64,000 nt of DNA from assembly GCA_000004985.1 (NCBI GenBank), contig GG738923.1; one strand, given 5' to 3'. The notes under the pieces are model-generated. The model ran no database searches. It was given only the letters and a program-made list of their open reading frames with translations, and was not told the DNA's origin. The DNA comes from Naegleria gruberi. Its lineage: Eukaryota. Made by a program: the position numbers and the translations under genes. Shown one piece after another: positions 1-11,634 of this stretch; within the stretch, counting starts at the first letter, position 1, and every line of letters starts with the position of its first letter.

Positions 1-2076
1 CGTCATACAACTTTTCATTTCTTGAATTGATCGCGTTCAGTGCAATGCTTGATTCGTACGTAATTGTTGAATTGAGAGTTGAAATGAAAGGCAGTGGTGG
101 AATAATCTCTTGTGGATCTGATTGGATTCTTATCAATTGATTGGAAGAGGGATCTTCAAAATGGAGTATTTTGAATTGTAAATCATCTCCTGGAACTAGT
201 TGTGAATCTGAAGGAAGTTGAACAACCATTTCTCCTTCTAAATATTCTAAAGATGAAATTGTAAAATTACAATAAACTGGAAGTTGACCAATTCTTGGAG
301 AGTTAAAGAAAGTGTTGCAAATTGGATTCATTGTGGTTTCAATTTTGAAAAGTGTAGCAATTGGAGCTATTATTGTAAACTTTACAAAATATCCAAATTT
401 ATCGAATGAAAATTTTGAATTCTTGACATGAGTTTTACACTCCATTCCATAATATCCATCTAGACATTCATTACAAGTACCATTCGTCCAATACCCATGA
501 TCCAAATCATGATAACAATCACATAAACCATCTCTGGAACATTCTCCATTTCCATTACAAGTACTATTCGAAACACAATTCACTTGACACGATGGACCAA
601 AGTAATTCTCTTTACATTCATCACAATAACTTCCTACATAAACATCACTGGAACATGAACAAGATGAATTATCTGGAGAGCAAATTCCCAAATTATTACA
701 TGTCATTTCATTTGAACATGATAATTGACTTTTACAATTATCTCCTGAATGGAATGGATCACAAACTGAACAGTCATCTCCAAACCAATATCCATTTTGA
801 GCAGATGAATAACATTCACACATGTCCAGATCCATACATTGTCCATGTCCAGAACAAACCAATGAATCATTTTGTTTCAATCCAAAACAAGTTGACATTT
901 CGCATGCATCTCCATAGAATCCTAATTGACATTCACATCCTGATTGAGAACAATTTCCCCTTCCTAAGCATACTCTTGAATAATCAGTTGAATTGTAAAG
1001 TGTCATGTTCTTTCCTAAACATTTGACTTGTTCACATTCCTGTCCATCGTATGGATGTGGACACAAGCATTGATTCATCGACACGCATTGTCCAACTCCT
1101 CCACATACATATTCATGATCCATTTCCAAACCATAACATGAAATCTTTTCACAATCTGATCCAGAATATCCCAATTCACATGAACATGTATTCGTTCCAA
1201 TACATTTTCCATTTCCAGAGCAAATTTGATTTGAAACGCTCTCATCAGTTGCATTCAAACCATTACAAAACAGATCAATCCTAGTATTTGTAATAATATT
1301 CGAATTGGATCCTTCCTTTTCACACTCGTCTCCATAAAAACCTAATTGACAAGTACAAATTCCATTATTGCCACACGAGCCTCTTCCTGAACAAGCTCTA
1401 GTATCTGTGGAGTTGTAACTGCCACAATATTTCTTCGAACAATCCACACTATAATATCCATCATCACAATTACACACGTCCATGTCGATGCATGCTCCGT
1501 GTCCAGAACAGGCATCACTCTTGGAAGCCTTTTTTCCATAGCAAAATAATGAACTAGTCTTGAACTGGCAACTGAATCCACCATAGCCATCTTCACACTT
1601 TACAAAATGTTAACTATTAACGAAACATTTCAAATAATTACCTTACATAAATTTGGAGAAATACATGTTCCTCTTCCAGAACAAACTGTTGCACTATTTG
1701 AAGTGATTTGGAAACATCTCGGCACTGAACAATCAATTCCCAAATATCCCTTATTACACGAGCAGAATCCTGTTGATCTACATTTGCCATGTCCACTACA
1801 AACCAATGGATCATCTGGGGAATAGCCAAAACACTTGGCAATTTCACATTGTGTTCCAGTGGCCAATTCATTACATTGACATGTATCCACTGATGTACAT
1901 GTACCATTCCCTGAGCAAACAGTGGCGGAGGAAGCTGAAACTCCAAAACATGTTATTGCACTTCCCTCCACTGCATCTCCACTCCTTAGCGTAGACAGTA
2001 TTATGGCTATCAGAACCGAAGTTAAAATTAACAAGTGTCTTCTTGTGTTGCAGATGTGAATATTTGTTCGTGTCAT
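1..2076 (-). CDS. Secreted EGF-like (tenascin-type) repeat protein, C-terminally truncated by the window edge. It has two exons (2076..1642 and 1597..1) separated by a 44-nt intron at 1598..1641.
   Basis: An N-terminal signal peptide is followed by many CxxxxC-SGHG/NGxC EGF-like repeats. I checked by hand that the minus-strand frame stays open from 1597 down to position 1. The intron has a GTAATT donor and an AAAG acceptor and restores the frame. The ORF track shows only exon 1 (1630..2076). Confidence 0.7.
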
Positions 2077-2493
2077 GGTGGCTTTAATTAAGGGAAGTTT
2101 AATTAATTTGTTTTTTTTCTTGATTTTACGTTTGGATTAAGGAAGCATTTGAACAGTCATCATATTACATGGTCTAAGTAAGGGCGGTGTTTCCAAAATT
2201 TTGGATGCAGGAATCAGGTTGTAGGGTGATTCTTAGATGCAGATTGCTTTTCTAAATTAGTTCCTCCCTAATTTGTTGTGGGTAGTGCCTATTCTGTAAT
2301 ACAGAGAGTTTTACAATTGAGATGGAATGGAAATGTCGTATAAGTTGAGAAGTGGTTCATCTATGGAATATAATCAGTCCTCCTCCTCCTTGCAGAATTT
2401 CAACAACACACAGTATCATTTGTGGGATATCTAAATCAGCAATGGTTCAATACTAGCATGTGCATACTGTCTTTGTCACATCCAACATGTTTA

Positions 2494-4043
2494 TTAAAGG
2501 TCTGAAAGTTGTTCAACAGCTTCCTTGATTGGTTTTGGGAAATACTTGAGTGTGAATGTCATTTCTGTACTTTCGGTAATGTTAATTCTGTGACATTTTC
2601 CAACGAGTTTCAAAAGACATTTGCAAAAGTTTTGAATGATTTCCATTTCATCATCAACCTTTTCCAAGTCAATTCCTAAAATATTCTCAATCAGTTGAGG
2701 AATAGTGGAATCTTCTTCTTGACCATCTATTTCAAGGGAAATGGTATCCCTTTCCTCTTCTGTAAAGGCATAAAGCATTTCATGTTTCAATGAAATTTCA
2801 GTTAATTTCCCATTTGCCAATTCAAATACAGCAGTTGCAAAAAATCTTTCCTCCTGAATGTATTCTGTAAAACCAATATAATAAGCTTCATGAATCGTGT
2901 AATACTTGAGCTTTGATTTAAGTTGTTGGAACATGGTTTCATCAATGTTGATATTGAAATCACGATTAAGCCAAGATTCCTCGAAGAGGAACAAGTTATG
3001 AGCCTTTCTTGCAGATTGTTTCAGAATTTCACTTCTGATCATGTCGAAATATTCCATTTTCTGTGAGAAACTCAAATCAGAATGGACAATCGGATTGAGA
3101 ATCATCTCTAAACATTTCAATCCTTCTTGTACTTCAATACTCTCGGCTGATTTGTTGAAAGCATCATCGTCTTTAGATTTCAATTCCTTAATCATACTCT
3201 TCATGACATTTGAATTCGTATCAACCATTGGTTCCATGCAACAATATTCTTTAGCACCAGCACATGTCATTAAAAAAGTGAGAAATGCTTTCCAATCCCA
3301 TTCACTTGGAATTTCTAATTCTTTCATAACATTGTTAATTGCTTAATGTCAATTTTACCACTGCCCATTGGTTCATCTTCCCAAGTATAGTAATAATTCA
3401 AATACCAAATAAGATTCTTCTCTTGAAAATTTGAATCTCTCACTTTCAAATCATAACTTCTCTCCAAATTATCCACTCTAGTATTTGGTCCATAAACATA
3501 ATGTTGAGTAAAGATCATAAACTCTTTTGATTTCTTTAAAATTTTCAATTCTGATCTTCCTCCCTGAGTTTGTGAAAAAACTCCACCCACATATGAATTG
3601 AACGAAACAATTCCACTCTTAAATAAATTGGAATAAGTCTTATTCATGCAGAGTACGTTAAAATTGGTATCATTTTCTAATAGATATTGAAAATAGGATA
3701 TTCTATCATCAAGGACCATGCAATTTCTAATTTCTGCATTAACTTTCAGCAGACAACCTTGCAAAAAATCACAAGATTCATCCTTTACTTTTGCATTCAT
3801 TTTGGATAATCTATTCAAAAAGAATAATTCATTATCATTGGATTCAATAGATTCGGAAGAAATTCGTAATTCCTTGTTGATTGATTGGTTGACCAATCGG
3901 AATGTTAAAACTTCTCTGAAGGTGAGAAAGGAGTAGACATTTAACAACACAGCACTATTGAACCATGAGGAGTGATCGTGTGTTGTTGATTTTGCTTTTT
4001 TAGATTCGGATTGGGAAGATTCGTCTGTTTGCTTTCGTTTCAT
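2494..4043 (-). CDS. F-box-like protein. ORFs 3324..4052 and 2494..3327 are joined by a 44-nt intron at 3315..3358.
   Basis: The N-terminus carries an F-box-like motif (SWFNSAVLLNVYSFLTFREVLTFRLVNQSINKEL). The two ORFs overlap as ATGA. An intron running GTAAAATTG to AATTAG is in frame and matches the typical length in this window. The true start is the ATG at 4043 in a 'gaaaaaaATG' context. Confidence 0.5.
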
Positions 4044-4632
4044 TTTTTTCAAGTATTTTCTGGCAGATTCAGAATCAAGTTACAACTTGTTCAAGGCTTT
4101 GATAATCTTGAAAAGTAAATCCATTGGTGATTGAATAACCCCTGCAAAAATATTCGGAAATATTAATTGTTAAATTTCCGAACCTTTAGATTAACCTCAT
4201 GTGAGCAAGCTGTGTTGGATTTGATGATTATTCAATACAGCTTGAAAAATTACAATGCATTCTTTACTTTCCACTGATTTTCTAATTGTAAAGTAAACAT
4301 GATGGAAAATAATAAGCAAAAGGTAATGAAAGTTGGAACCTTGGTGCAATACTACGTTAGTATTCGAAAATTTTCAACGATTTTCAAAAGTTGTTGGTTC
4401 CTACGATTTGTAAATGAAATACGCATTTGCCGTAATAAGTCTAATTGTGATAAGAAATAGAACTTTATCTATTTACTCAATTTCATAACTGTTCGAATGA
4501 TTCAAATATTATTTGAGTGAGTTTCAAATTACCAAATCTCACACTAATTCAATTACTAGGTAGAATCCCATGTTACAATAAATCCCTGCTAGAGAATGAA
4601 TCAATTCTAATCATTTCTTTTGAACAATTAAT

Positions 4633-5496
4633 TTAGGCAACTTTCTTTGCATCATAATCTGGAGATTTTGTACCGTTCTTGACATATAATTCCTCACGAA
4701 CAATGAATCTTTCAGGTTTGAAGAATGCAGCAATGTAAGGCAATACCAAACAAGGAACTGAAATCAAACACCAATAGGAAGGTGTTTCATGGAATTTACC
4801 AATTGTCAAGGTGACAGCCAAAGCAGCTAACCAACCACCAACTACAGCGCTTCCCATAATCCAACTCTTTCCAAAGAAATCATTATCTTTCACAGAATAT
4901 CTGAAGAAATGAGGGAATGCAGCAACCAACAACCAAGTATACCATGAAATGCCATGTCCCCACAATGGATGATAAGGAAACATCCAATACAAGTGATTAG
5001 GTCCTTGCATGGAACACAACTTGGTATTAACATTTTGGATTTCAATTCCCAAAATATTACCAGGAACACCTTCTGGTCCATCATTAGCAATTCCAGTACC
5101 AAATCCACCAACTTGGAAATAACCCATTACCAAACTGATAGTGGCAATAATCAATGTAGCAAATGAACAACCCAAGGCATATCTGAAAGTACTTCTTCCC
5201 TTGGCTGTATTTTTAAGACACCAATAATTGTGTGCAATTGGTTGAGTCCAAATTAGAAAGTGAGCAACAATCGACAACGTAAAATTCGACGTGGTGCCAC
5301 AAGTACCTTCAAGACCGTAATAATATTGCAAAAATTGTAAAAACTCCATCGATGTATATGAAAGATACATCAATACTTGGGAGATACTTCTTGCTCTCCA
5401 TTCCTTTCGAATAGCAAGTGTTCTTCTAATTTGATCCAAAGTCATCAATCCTCCAAGGAGGGAAAAGAACAATGAAGCTCTGAGTGACCAACACAT
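4633..5496 (-). CDS. Multi-pass integral membrane protein. I do not recognise the family.
   Basis: A 287-aa intact ORF with 6-7 hydrophobic segments and an HxxxW/H-rich loop. Confidence 0.55.
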   Translation of the reverse strand: MCWSLRASLFFSLLGGLMTLDQIRRTLAIRKEWRARSISQVLMYLSYTSMEFLQFLQYYYGLEGTCGTTSNFTLSIVAHFLIWTQPIAHNYWCLKNTAKGRSTFRYALGCSFATLIIATISLVMGYFQVGGFGTGIANDGPEGVPGNILGIEIQNVNTKLCSMQGPNHLYWMFPYHPLWGHGISWYTWLLVAAFPHFFRYSVKDNDFFGKSWIMGSAVVGGWLAALAVTLTIGKFHETPSYWCLISVPCLVLPYIAAFFKPERFIVREELYVKNGTKSPDYDAKKVA

Positions 5497-5735
5497 GTGT
5501 TAAGCTGTTTTGTTTTTTTAAATTGGAAAATTTGTTTTTCAGCGATTCTAGCGTGCAAATTCACGCGCAAGCTAATTGAAAGGCCCAACTTGTGTTACAC
5601 ATCAGAATATTTTTTGAATCTTTTGTTTACAATCAAGTTTTTAATGAGCGCTGTAAAAGTGATGTTAGCTAGAAATGGAAAGATAAATAATTTGGTAAGC
5701 CACAGCCATACAACAATGATTTTGGACTGACAACA

Positions 5736-6569
5736 TTAATAATTATAGGGTGAGAAAGAAAAAACGGCACCTTTGCAAAGTTTAAAGGATGGATCTTCTC
5801 TTGATATTACAAATGGATTTTGAGATGATTTTGAAATTCTTGGAATCCATGAGACATGAACACCAAATGCTCTGGAGCATCCATTGGAATATTTTGTAAT
5901 CTCTAATGCTGAGTTAAAGTTGGATTTCTTGTAATAAATCAATCCTTGGCAGTTGTTACTGGTACAATAGGAAAAGCCATCATTTGAAATTTTGATTAAT
6001 ACTTCATGAGAGGAAATGAGTGGGAGAGTAATACTTGGTGAACAAAACAGGAAATAAACAAGTGAGATTCCAATTGATTTCAATTCTGCTATGTAACTGT
6101 GAATATAATCGTCCAATTTGGCTAGTCCAATAAGTGTTAAAGAAATGAAATAGTTCACTTTCAATTGGGAACATGTCATTAATGAATCTTCTTGGTTATC
6201 GTTCTGTGTAACGACCCATTGTAAATTATCCAAATAATAAAATTGTTTTAAAAAGGAAATTGCAGATGTTGAATTTCTCAAATATAAATCCATTCGAAAC
6301 TTGTTCCAATCCTTCTTCTCCACAAGTGCAAGATCATTTAATTGTACATATCCTTTACGTAATTCATTTGATGTTATATGTTCGATCCGATCGGGTCTTG
6401 GAGCATTCCTAAACCTTTCCGATAATACACGTTTTTGTAATCTTGTAATTGTTTTTTTCCAAGTTTTGTTCACTCTCTTGAATTTCCACTGATAGAAGTA
6501 TGGAATGAATCCAAGAATGATATCTAATAAATCATCATAAATGTAAAACTCTAGTTGATCTTGTTGCAT
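5736..6569 (-). CDS. F-box domain protein
   Basis: The N-terminus carries an F-box (LLDIILGFIPYFYQWKFKRVNKTW). The start ATG sits in an 'aaaaaaaATG' context. Confidence 0.6.
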   Translation of the reverse strand: MQQDQLEFYIYDDLLDIILGFIPYFYQWKFKRVNKTWKKTITRLQKRVLSERFRNAPRPDRIEHITSNELRKGYVQLNDLALVEKKDWNKFRMDLYLRNSTSAISFLKQFYYLDNLQWVVTQNDNQEDSLMTCSQLKVNYFISLTLIGLAKLDDYIHSYIAELKSIGISLVYFLFCSPSITLPLISSHEVLIKISNDGFSYCTSNNCQGLIYYKKSNFNSALEITKYSNGCSRAFGVHVSWIPRISKSSQNPFVISREDPSFKLCKGAVFSFSPYNY

Positions 6570-6759
6570 TTTTTTTAAAATCTAAAAAGGGAATTTCAAA
6601 ATGTAAATTCTGAAATGTTTTTGAAAATCCATCATTTAAAATTCGCTCTCAAAAAGTTGTCATAAAATTACAACACTCAAGTCTTGTCTTCTTGGTTGGG
6701 CCACAATTTCACATAATATATTATATATTTCACATAAACAATTTTCAGTGCTGTAAAGA

Positions 6760-7986
6760 CTACTGAACAGTACATTTCTTCTCCTTGTGGTTCTTGTTTG
6801 TTTCAATTTTTTGTGGGTTTTCCAAAATGTGCAAATGAGTATGTGTCAATAATCCAAGTCTCTTATCGAAATCAATTGTTCCTTCGCCTGTTTTTGCACT
6901 TGTTTCAATAAACGAGACAGCTCCTATTGCTTTTGTAAATTCAATTCCTTCCTCTTTTGAAATTGGTTCATCAACAGTAGTAGAATAAAACAAACTATTC
7001 CAGTAGAGTGAATCTTTGAGATCGTTCTTTGTGGAAACAACAACAAATGTAGCGGTAGGAGCACCAAGAGTGCATTCCCACATCAAATGCTCAACTAAAT
7101 ATTTCAAACTTGAAAAATCATTGATGGCATAGTTCATTGTAAAAAGATTTGTCTGAGGATAAGAAAGTGGTCGCAATCTATCATAATCTTCTCCACCTGC
7201 TGTGTCCCAATATGCAACAGAAAAATCTGCTTGAGTTTCAATACCATCTACTATGCACTGTACATGCTCCGTTTTTACAAAACTGTCAAATACAGTTGGT
7301 GTGTAATCTTGAGGAAAGGAATGATACCCAACCCTATTCAAGAGACAAGTTTTTCCAACAAATGTAGCACCCATAGAAACCCATTTGAGATAATGATAAC
7401 CGGTTATTGGTTGACTTTTTGGTTCTAATCTCAGTGGTTCTTGGAGAGGTGTTTGAATGGATGACTCTTCAATAAATATTTGTTGAGCAATTCTCTTTCT
7501 TATAATACTTTCACATTTAGTATTTTTAAAAGTACCATTCTCTAGGGCTATTTTTGAAATATTATCACTAATTGATCTAATATATGATATTCTCTTTTGT
7601 CTCTTTTCTTGGAAAACTTTCCAATTATTTTCATCAATTCTCTTCCAAATTTCCTTGATGAATCGAAATCGGTAATTTCCTTCTGTTTCTTTCCATCCAA
7701 TTTTCGTACACAAAACATTGTTAATTAATTCCATCTTGTTATTGATTAAATCTTTCCAAAACCAATCACTCCACGAATAAATCATCAAACATTTTCCGAA
7801 ATTAATTGTATTGATCAAAGTTTGATTATAAAATTCGTTTTGAATTTCCTCAGATTGTGGACGATAGAATAAACTGGCCAAACCATTTAATTCTACCCGA
7901 GAGAGAAACTCCAAAATATAGAGCATTACATTTTGATCGAGTTTGTTAATAGATGAAAAGAGTTCCTTCTCTGTTGATCGTTTCAT
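6760..7986 (-). CDS. F-box plus Rho-family small GTPase fusion protein
   Basis: N-terminal F-box (VMLYILEFLSRVELNGLASLFYR). The C-terminal GTPase domain has G1 (GATFVGKTC), a Rho-like switch I (YTPTVFDSF), G3 (WDTAGGEDYDRLRPLSY), G4 (TKND) and G5 (SAK). Confidence 0.7.
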   Translation of the reverse strand: MKRSTEKELFSSINKLDQNVMLYILEFLSRVELNGLASLFYRPQSEEIQNEFYNQTLINTINFGKCLMIYSWSDWFWKDLINNKMELINNVLCTKIGWKETEGNYRFRFIKEIWKRIDENNWKVFQEKRQKRISYIRSISDNISKIALENGTFKNTKCESIIRKRIAQQIFIEESSIQTPLQEPLRLEPKSQPITGYHYLKWVSMGATFVGKTCLLNRVGYHSFPQDYTPTVFDSFVKTEHVQCIVDGIETQADFSVAYWDTAGGEDYDRLRPLSYPQTNLFTMNYAINDFSSLKYLVEHLMWECTLGAPTATFVVVSTKNDLKDSLYWNSLFYSTTVDEPISKEEGIEFTKAIGAVSFIETSAKTGEGTIDFDKRLGLLTHTHLHILENPQKIETNKNHKEKKCTVQ

Positions 7987-8003
7987 TTTTTTGATGAGTT
8001 TAT

Positions 8004-9254
8004 TTAGTAAACAGGGCCACCAAAGCTATTAGAAATGATGGAAAGGCACTTTCGAAGACCAGGTGGAATAGTTGCAGATCCCTTTCTACAACTTTCCACC
8101 TTGATATGCATCTTGTCTACTTTGAATAATAGTGGTACCTCGACTCCATTTTTCATTCCTATTGTTGTAATGCACTGAGAGAGGAAGTTGTGTTCGTCAT
8201 TTGAAACAATTTTCATAGCATCAATAATCTCAGCATAAGAGTCAGACTTCCATTTTAGATTGGTGATTTCATCCATTTTGTAAACAGTTCCGAATGAGAC
8301 ACCTTCCTCACTTGATTTCTTTCTCCACATACTATGAGGGGATGGCCTGAAATGAGATTTGAGAAGTTCCATAACCTTAGAAGGATTGCTTAATTTGATG
8401 AGTGCTCCATTCTGTTGCTCAGGAATCAAGTCTCTAATTGTTATTTCATCAGGAATATTTGAATCAATATCTCTAACATCTAGAAATGAACCATGATCCA
8501 ACAAAGGAACCTCTCTTTTTGTGACAGGAATGGTGTAATTTTCGTACTTGTTTGATAATTGCTTAGAGCAGAATGGCCAAGTTATAAAAGCCTTCTTCAA
8601 TTCTTCATGATGTATGCAATGAGATCTTCTGTGTTTACAAGTATAGCCTACATCTCCCTTGACTTGATTTTCAGGAGTGAATTCTACAATCTTTAAATCA
8701 AACTTGATATCTCCATTGACATTCTTTAGTATTCTCGCAAATTTCTGCCATTCAAGACCTTCTAGCCTTTTCTTCTCATAATCTCCAAAGTTTTTAGCCA
8801 ATTTTACACTATTCTTGCAATTTATCTTGACTTTGATTCCATTAATCAATGTAACTTCAGGGGTTATCATTGTCTTGTTGATGTTTGGCTTTGTTGATTT
8901 GGCTACCTTCTCCTTTAAGGTTTCAGCCATAGATAGAACAGGCTTGATTCGATGATGATATTGATCAGTAGCCTCCCTTTGACTTGAATGATCCTTAGCC
9001 TTTAAAGTAGTCTTACTATTCTCAATGTTTGATTTTGTTATGGTGGTTCTTTGAGCCATTTTTTTTAGGTTGTTTTTTGAATTGTGACTTCCATCAGAAA
9101 TTTCAAAACTTTGATCGACAAAATGTTTTGCTTTTAGGACGGTTGAGAGTGATATTGAAGAAACGTGATTGGATGCCCTGAATAGCAGAGACATGTTCAA
9201 AACGTATCGGAGACCAAGATGAAGGTTAACCTTGTGAATTCCCAACCCTTGCAT
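8004..9254 (-). CDS. Hypothetical basic protein. It may be an upstream exon of the F-box-Rho gene (see finding 3).
   Basis: A 416-aa ORF whose stop lies only 17 nt upstream of the next ATG. An alternative 47-nt intron (GTTTAC...AGAAG) would fuse it in frame. Confidence 0.45.
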   Translation of the reverse strand: MQGLGIHKVNLHLGLRYVLNMSLLFRASNHVSSISLSTVLKAKHFVDQSFEISDGSHNSKNNLKKMAQRTTITKSNIENSKTTLKAKDHSSQREATDQYHHRIKPVLSMAETLKEKVAKSTKPNINKTMITPEVTLINGIKVKINCKNSVKLAKNFGDYEKKRLEGLEWQKFARILKNVNGDIKFDLKIVEFTPENQVKGDVGYTCKHRRSHCIHHEELKKAFITWPFCSKQLSNKYENYTIPVTKREVPLLDHGSFLDVRDIDSNIPDEITIRDLIPEQQNGALIKLSNPSKVMELLKSHFRPSPHSMWRKKSSEEGVSFGTVYKMDEITNLKWKSDSYAEIIDAMKIVSNDEHNFLSQCITTIGMKNGVEVPLLFKVDKMHIKVESCRKGSATIPPGLRKCLSIISNSFGGPVY

Positions 9255-9575
9255 GGGTTGTTGAATACAATATGTTATCCTGAGTTCTCAACCTCTAAAA
9301 ACCTCTCTGATTGTGAGACTATACAAGCTATTATTCTATACAACAATCACTGGTGATGTTGATATTAAATATTTTGATGATGGTGAAAACAACTATTTCA
9401 ATGATGAAGGCAAGCCTTTGGATTTTCGCGCCATTTTTTAAATTTGTTAATTTTAAAAAAGTCTTAAAAACAAGAAACAACACTCATTTTCATATCATCA
9501 TGAAATATTAATAATTTAATGATCGGATTATTGTTGGTATTATTTGTATGTACAAGAGGAGGATTAATGGATAGA

Positions 9576-9893
9576 TTACATGGATTTAAAAATTTGCAAA
9601 ATATAATACATTGCAAAGGCAACTCGAACATAATTTGGTGATTGGAGCATGGCTTTGGCCAATGGAAGATTATACTTGTTACAACTCTTAGGGTCTAATT
9701 GCCCCAGCTGATAGCAGTAATCACTCAGGAACTGTATTGTATCTGCACGGTATTTGTGAAAGTCATTCACATTGGTCCAGTTGCTCTGAACTGTTTCTTT
9801 CCATTCCTTGTAGGAGATCGAATCAATAGTATAGAACAATTGGCCAAACTTGCATGGCTCATCGAAGAAGGAAGCATCAAAGAATAGACTCAT
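9576..9893 (-). CDS. Small hypothetical protein of 105 aa
   Basis: ORF only. No recognisable motif. Confidence 0.25.
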   Translation of the reverse strand: MSLFFDASFFDEPCKFGQLFYTIDSISYKEWKETVQSNWTNVNDFHKYRADTIQFLSDYCYQLGQLDPKSCNKYNLPLAKAMLQSPNYVRVAFAMYYILQIFKSM

Positions 9894-10295
9894 GTTAGCT
9901 TTTAAGTAGGAGGTGTTGTGCTGTTTTTTTGTATCGCCTTTCTAGCAGAGGAGCAAATATTTTTGAATTATTTTTGCACGTTTGGAACGCACAAACAAAA
10001 TTGTTTTGGAGATTTTTGAGTTTGTGTAATTATTGTTGCTTGTAATGTATTGGATTCCAAACTCTAACAATCTATCTGCAAGTTACAATGGAAACTTGTT
10101 TGATTTGCTTCAAAACAATTGTGAATTAATTTTGTGAACTTGTGCCATTTCCATATATTTTAGAATCTAAACTTTGGGAAGATGAGATAAATGTTATCCA
10201 TGATTGATTAAAAATTTTATGAGCAAATCCAATATTTAGAATAATATACAATTTATAGTTTTCACACAGTTAGAAAAATTTTGAGATTTGTAAAA

Positions 10296-11372
10296 TTACA
10301 ATCCTAAAAGTTGTTTCTTCTTGAGTTGGAATTCTCTTTCAGTGATAATTCCCTTGTCTCTTAAATTACCAAGCTTTTCCAATTCATCCAAATTTGATCC
10401 AGAACTTGATTTGCTTGATGTTGAAGTTGATGGTTTGATTTTAACAACTTCATTCGAGATGGAACGACCAGTGTCGTGCTTGATTGAACCACCAGTTTGT
10501 TGAGAGAAGACTCTTGAATCTCCAGTATTATTGACCTTAACAACTTCATGTGAAATGGAACGACCAGTGTCGTGTTTGACAGATCCTCCTGTTTGTTGTG
10601 AGAAAACTCTTGAATCACCAGTGTTATTCACTTTAACAACCTCCTTTGAGATTGATCTTCCAGTATCATGCTTAACAGATCCACCAGTTTGTTGTGAGAC
10701 AGCTCTAGAATCTCCAGTACTCTTGACCTTAACAACTTCATTAGAAATTGATCTTCCAGTATCATGTTTAACTGAAGCAGCTCCAAATTGTTGACCAACT
10801 TCAGCATTTGCTTGTCTCAATTGTCTTTCAGTAAATTCAATTTCCTTCTTATCAGAAATCTTCAATCCCAAAGTAGGTAAATTATATCCAACTCTCTTCT
10901 GAACAACTGATCCAAAACTATATAAGGCCATAATTACGAGTGGAATGTTTTTTCCCTCATATAAATCAACACTCATAAATGTGTTATGAGTATCTAAACC
11001 TAATTCTGCAGCTGCCTTCAAGAAATAACCAATATTCTCCATACACATGAATGGCATCTTACCAGAGTTGATGGTTTTCACAATTCCTGGTTTAATCTTG
11101 TTGGCAAGTTTACATAATAAAACGCCATCTTTGAGTGATTCTTGAAAGTCGTTGGAGGAGAATTTGGTGCCAGTGACTGCTTCGATCCATTGTCTGACTT
11201 CTTTTTCTTTCTGTGGATCGTGTTTTCCTGCTTGTTTTTTGGCCTTTCGTATAGTTTTAGTTTTTTAGGTTGGAAAGAGAAAGAAACTTACTAATTCCTT
11301 GTCTAAACCGTAGACTGGTAAACCATTCTTATCATGAACGGTTGCTTGGCTTTTGTTGGTGTAGTGAGACAT
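10296..11372 (-). CDS. Calponin/transgelin-like protein. It has a CH domain, four calponin-like repeats and a SHOCT-like C-terminal motif. One 48-nt intron lies at 11244..11291.
   Basis: Exon 1 (MSHYTNKSQATVHDKNGLPVYGLDKEL) joins to exon 2 (AKKQAGKHDPQKEKEVRQWIE...), reproducing the calponin N-terminus and the CH domain (GKNIPLVIMALYSFG). The repeat VKHDTGRSISxEVVKVxxTGDSR occurs four times. Confidence 0.7.
10440..10800. repeat. Tandem coding repeat, about 96-nt period, four copies (the calponin-like repeats)
   Basis: Near-identical 96-nt units are visible within the CDS. Confidence 0.7.
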
Positions 11373-11634
11373 TTGGTGTATTTTTTTTGTTGATTTTTGA
11401 CGTTGAAGTATGACAGGACTTTTACTTGATGACAAGTTAATCGGATTTTTCACACTACGGTTTTTGATTTGAGCAAAATCTTCACCCATCTTTATCAAAA
11501 AACTGTTCACAAGATCTGTAAGTGAAAAAATTATCAATTTACTTTTTAGTAAATTGATAAAAATTGATAATTGAACATATTCATCATCTGAAAACTTAAT
11601 TCTATGAGAAGATGAATTTCTATTTTACAAGAAA

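Noticed and set aside
592-1284. Plus-strand ORFs 592..1026 and 1051..1284 (His/Asn-rich)
   Set aside because: They are antisense to the continuous EGF-repeat CDS on the minus strand. Their composition is a mirror artefact of the Cys/Gly codons on that strand.
10531-10794. Plus-strand ORF with a repeated ...PVSCLTDPPVCC motif
   Set aside because: It is antisense to the calponin-like tandem repeats.
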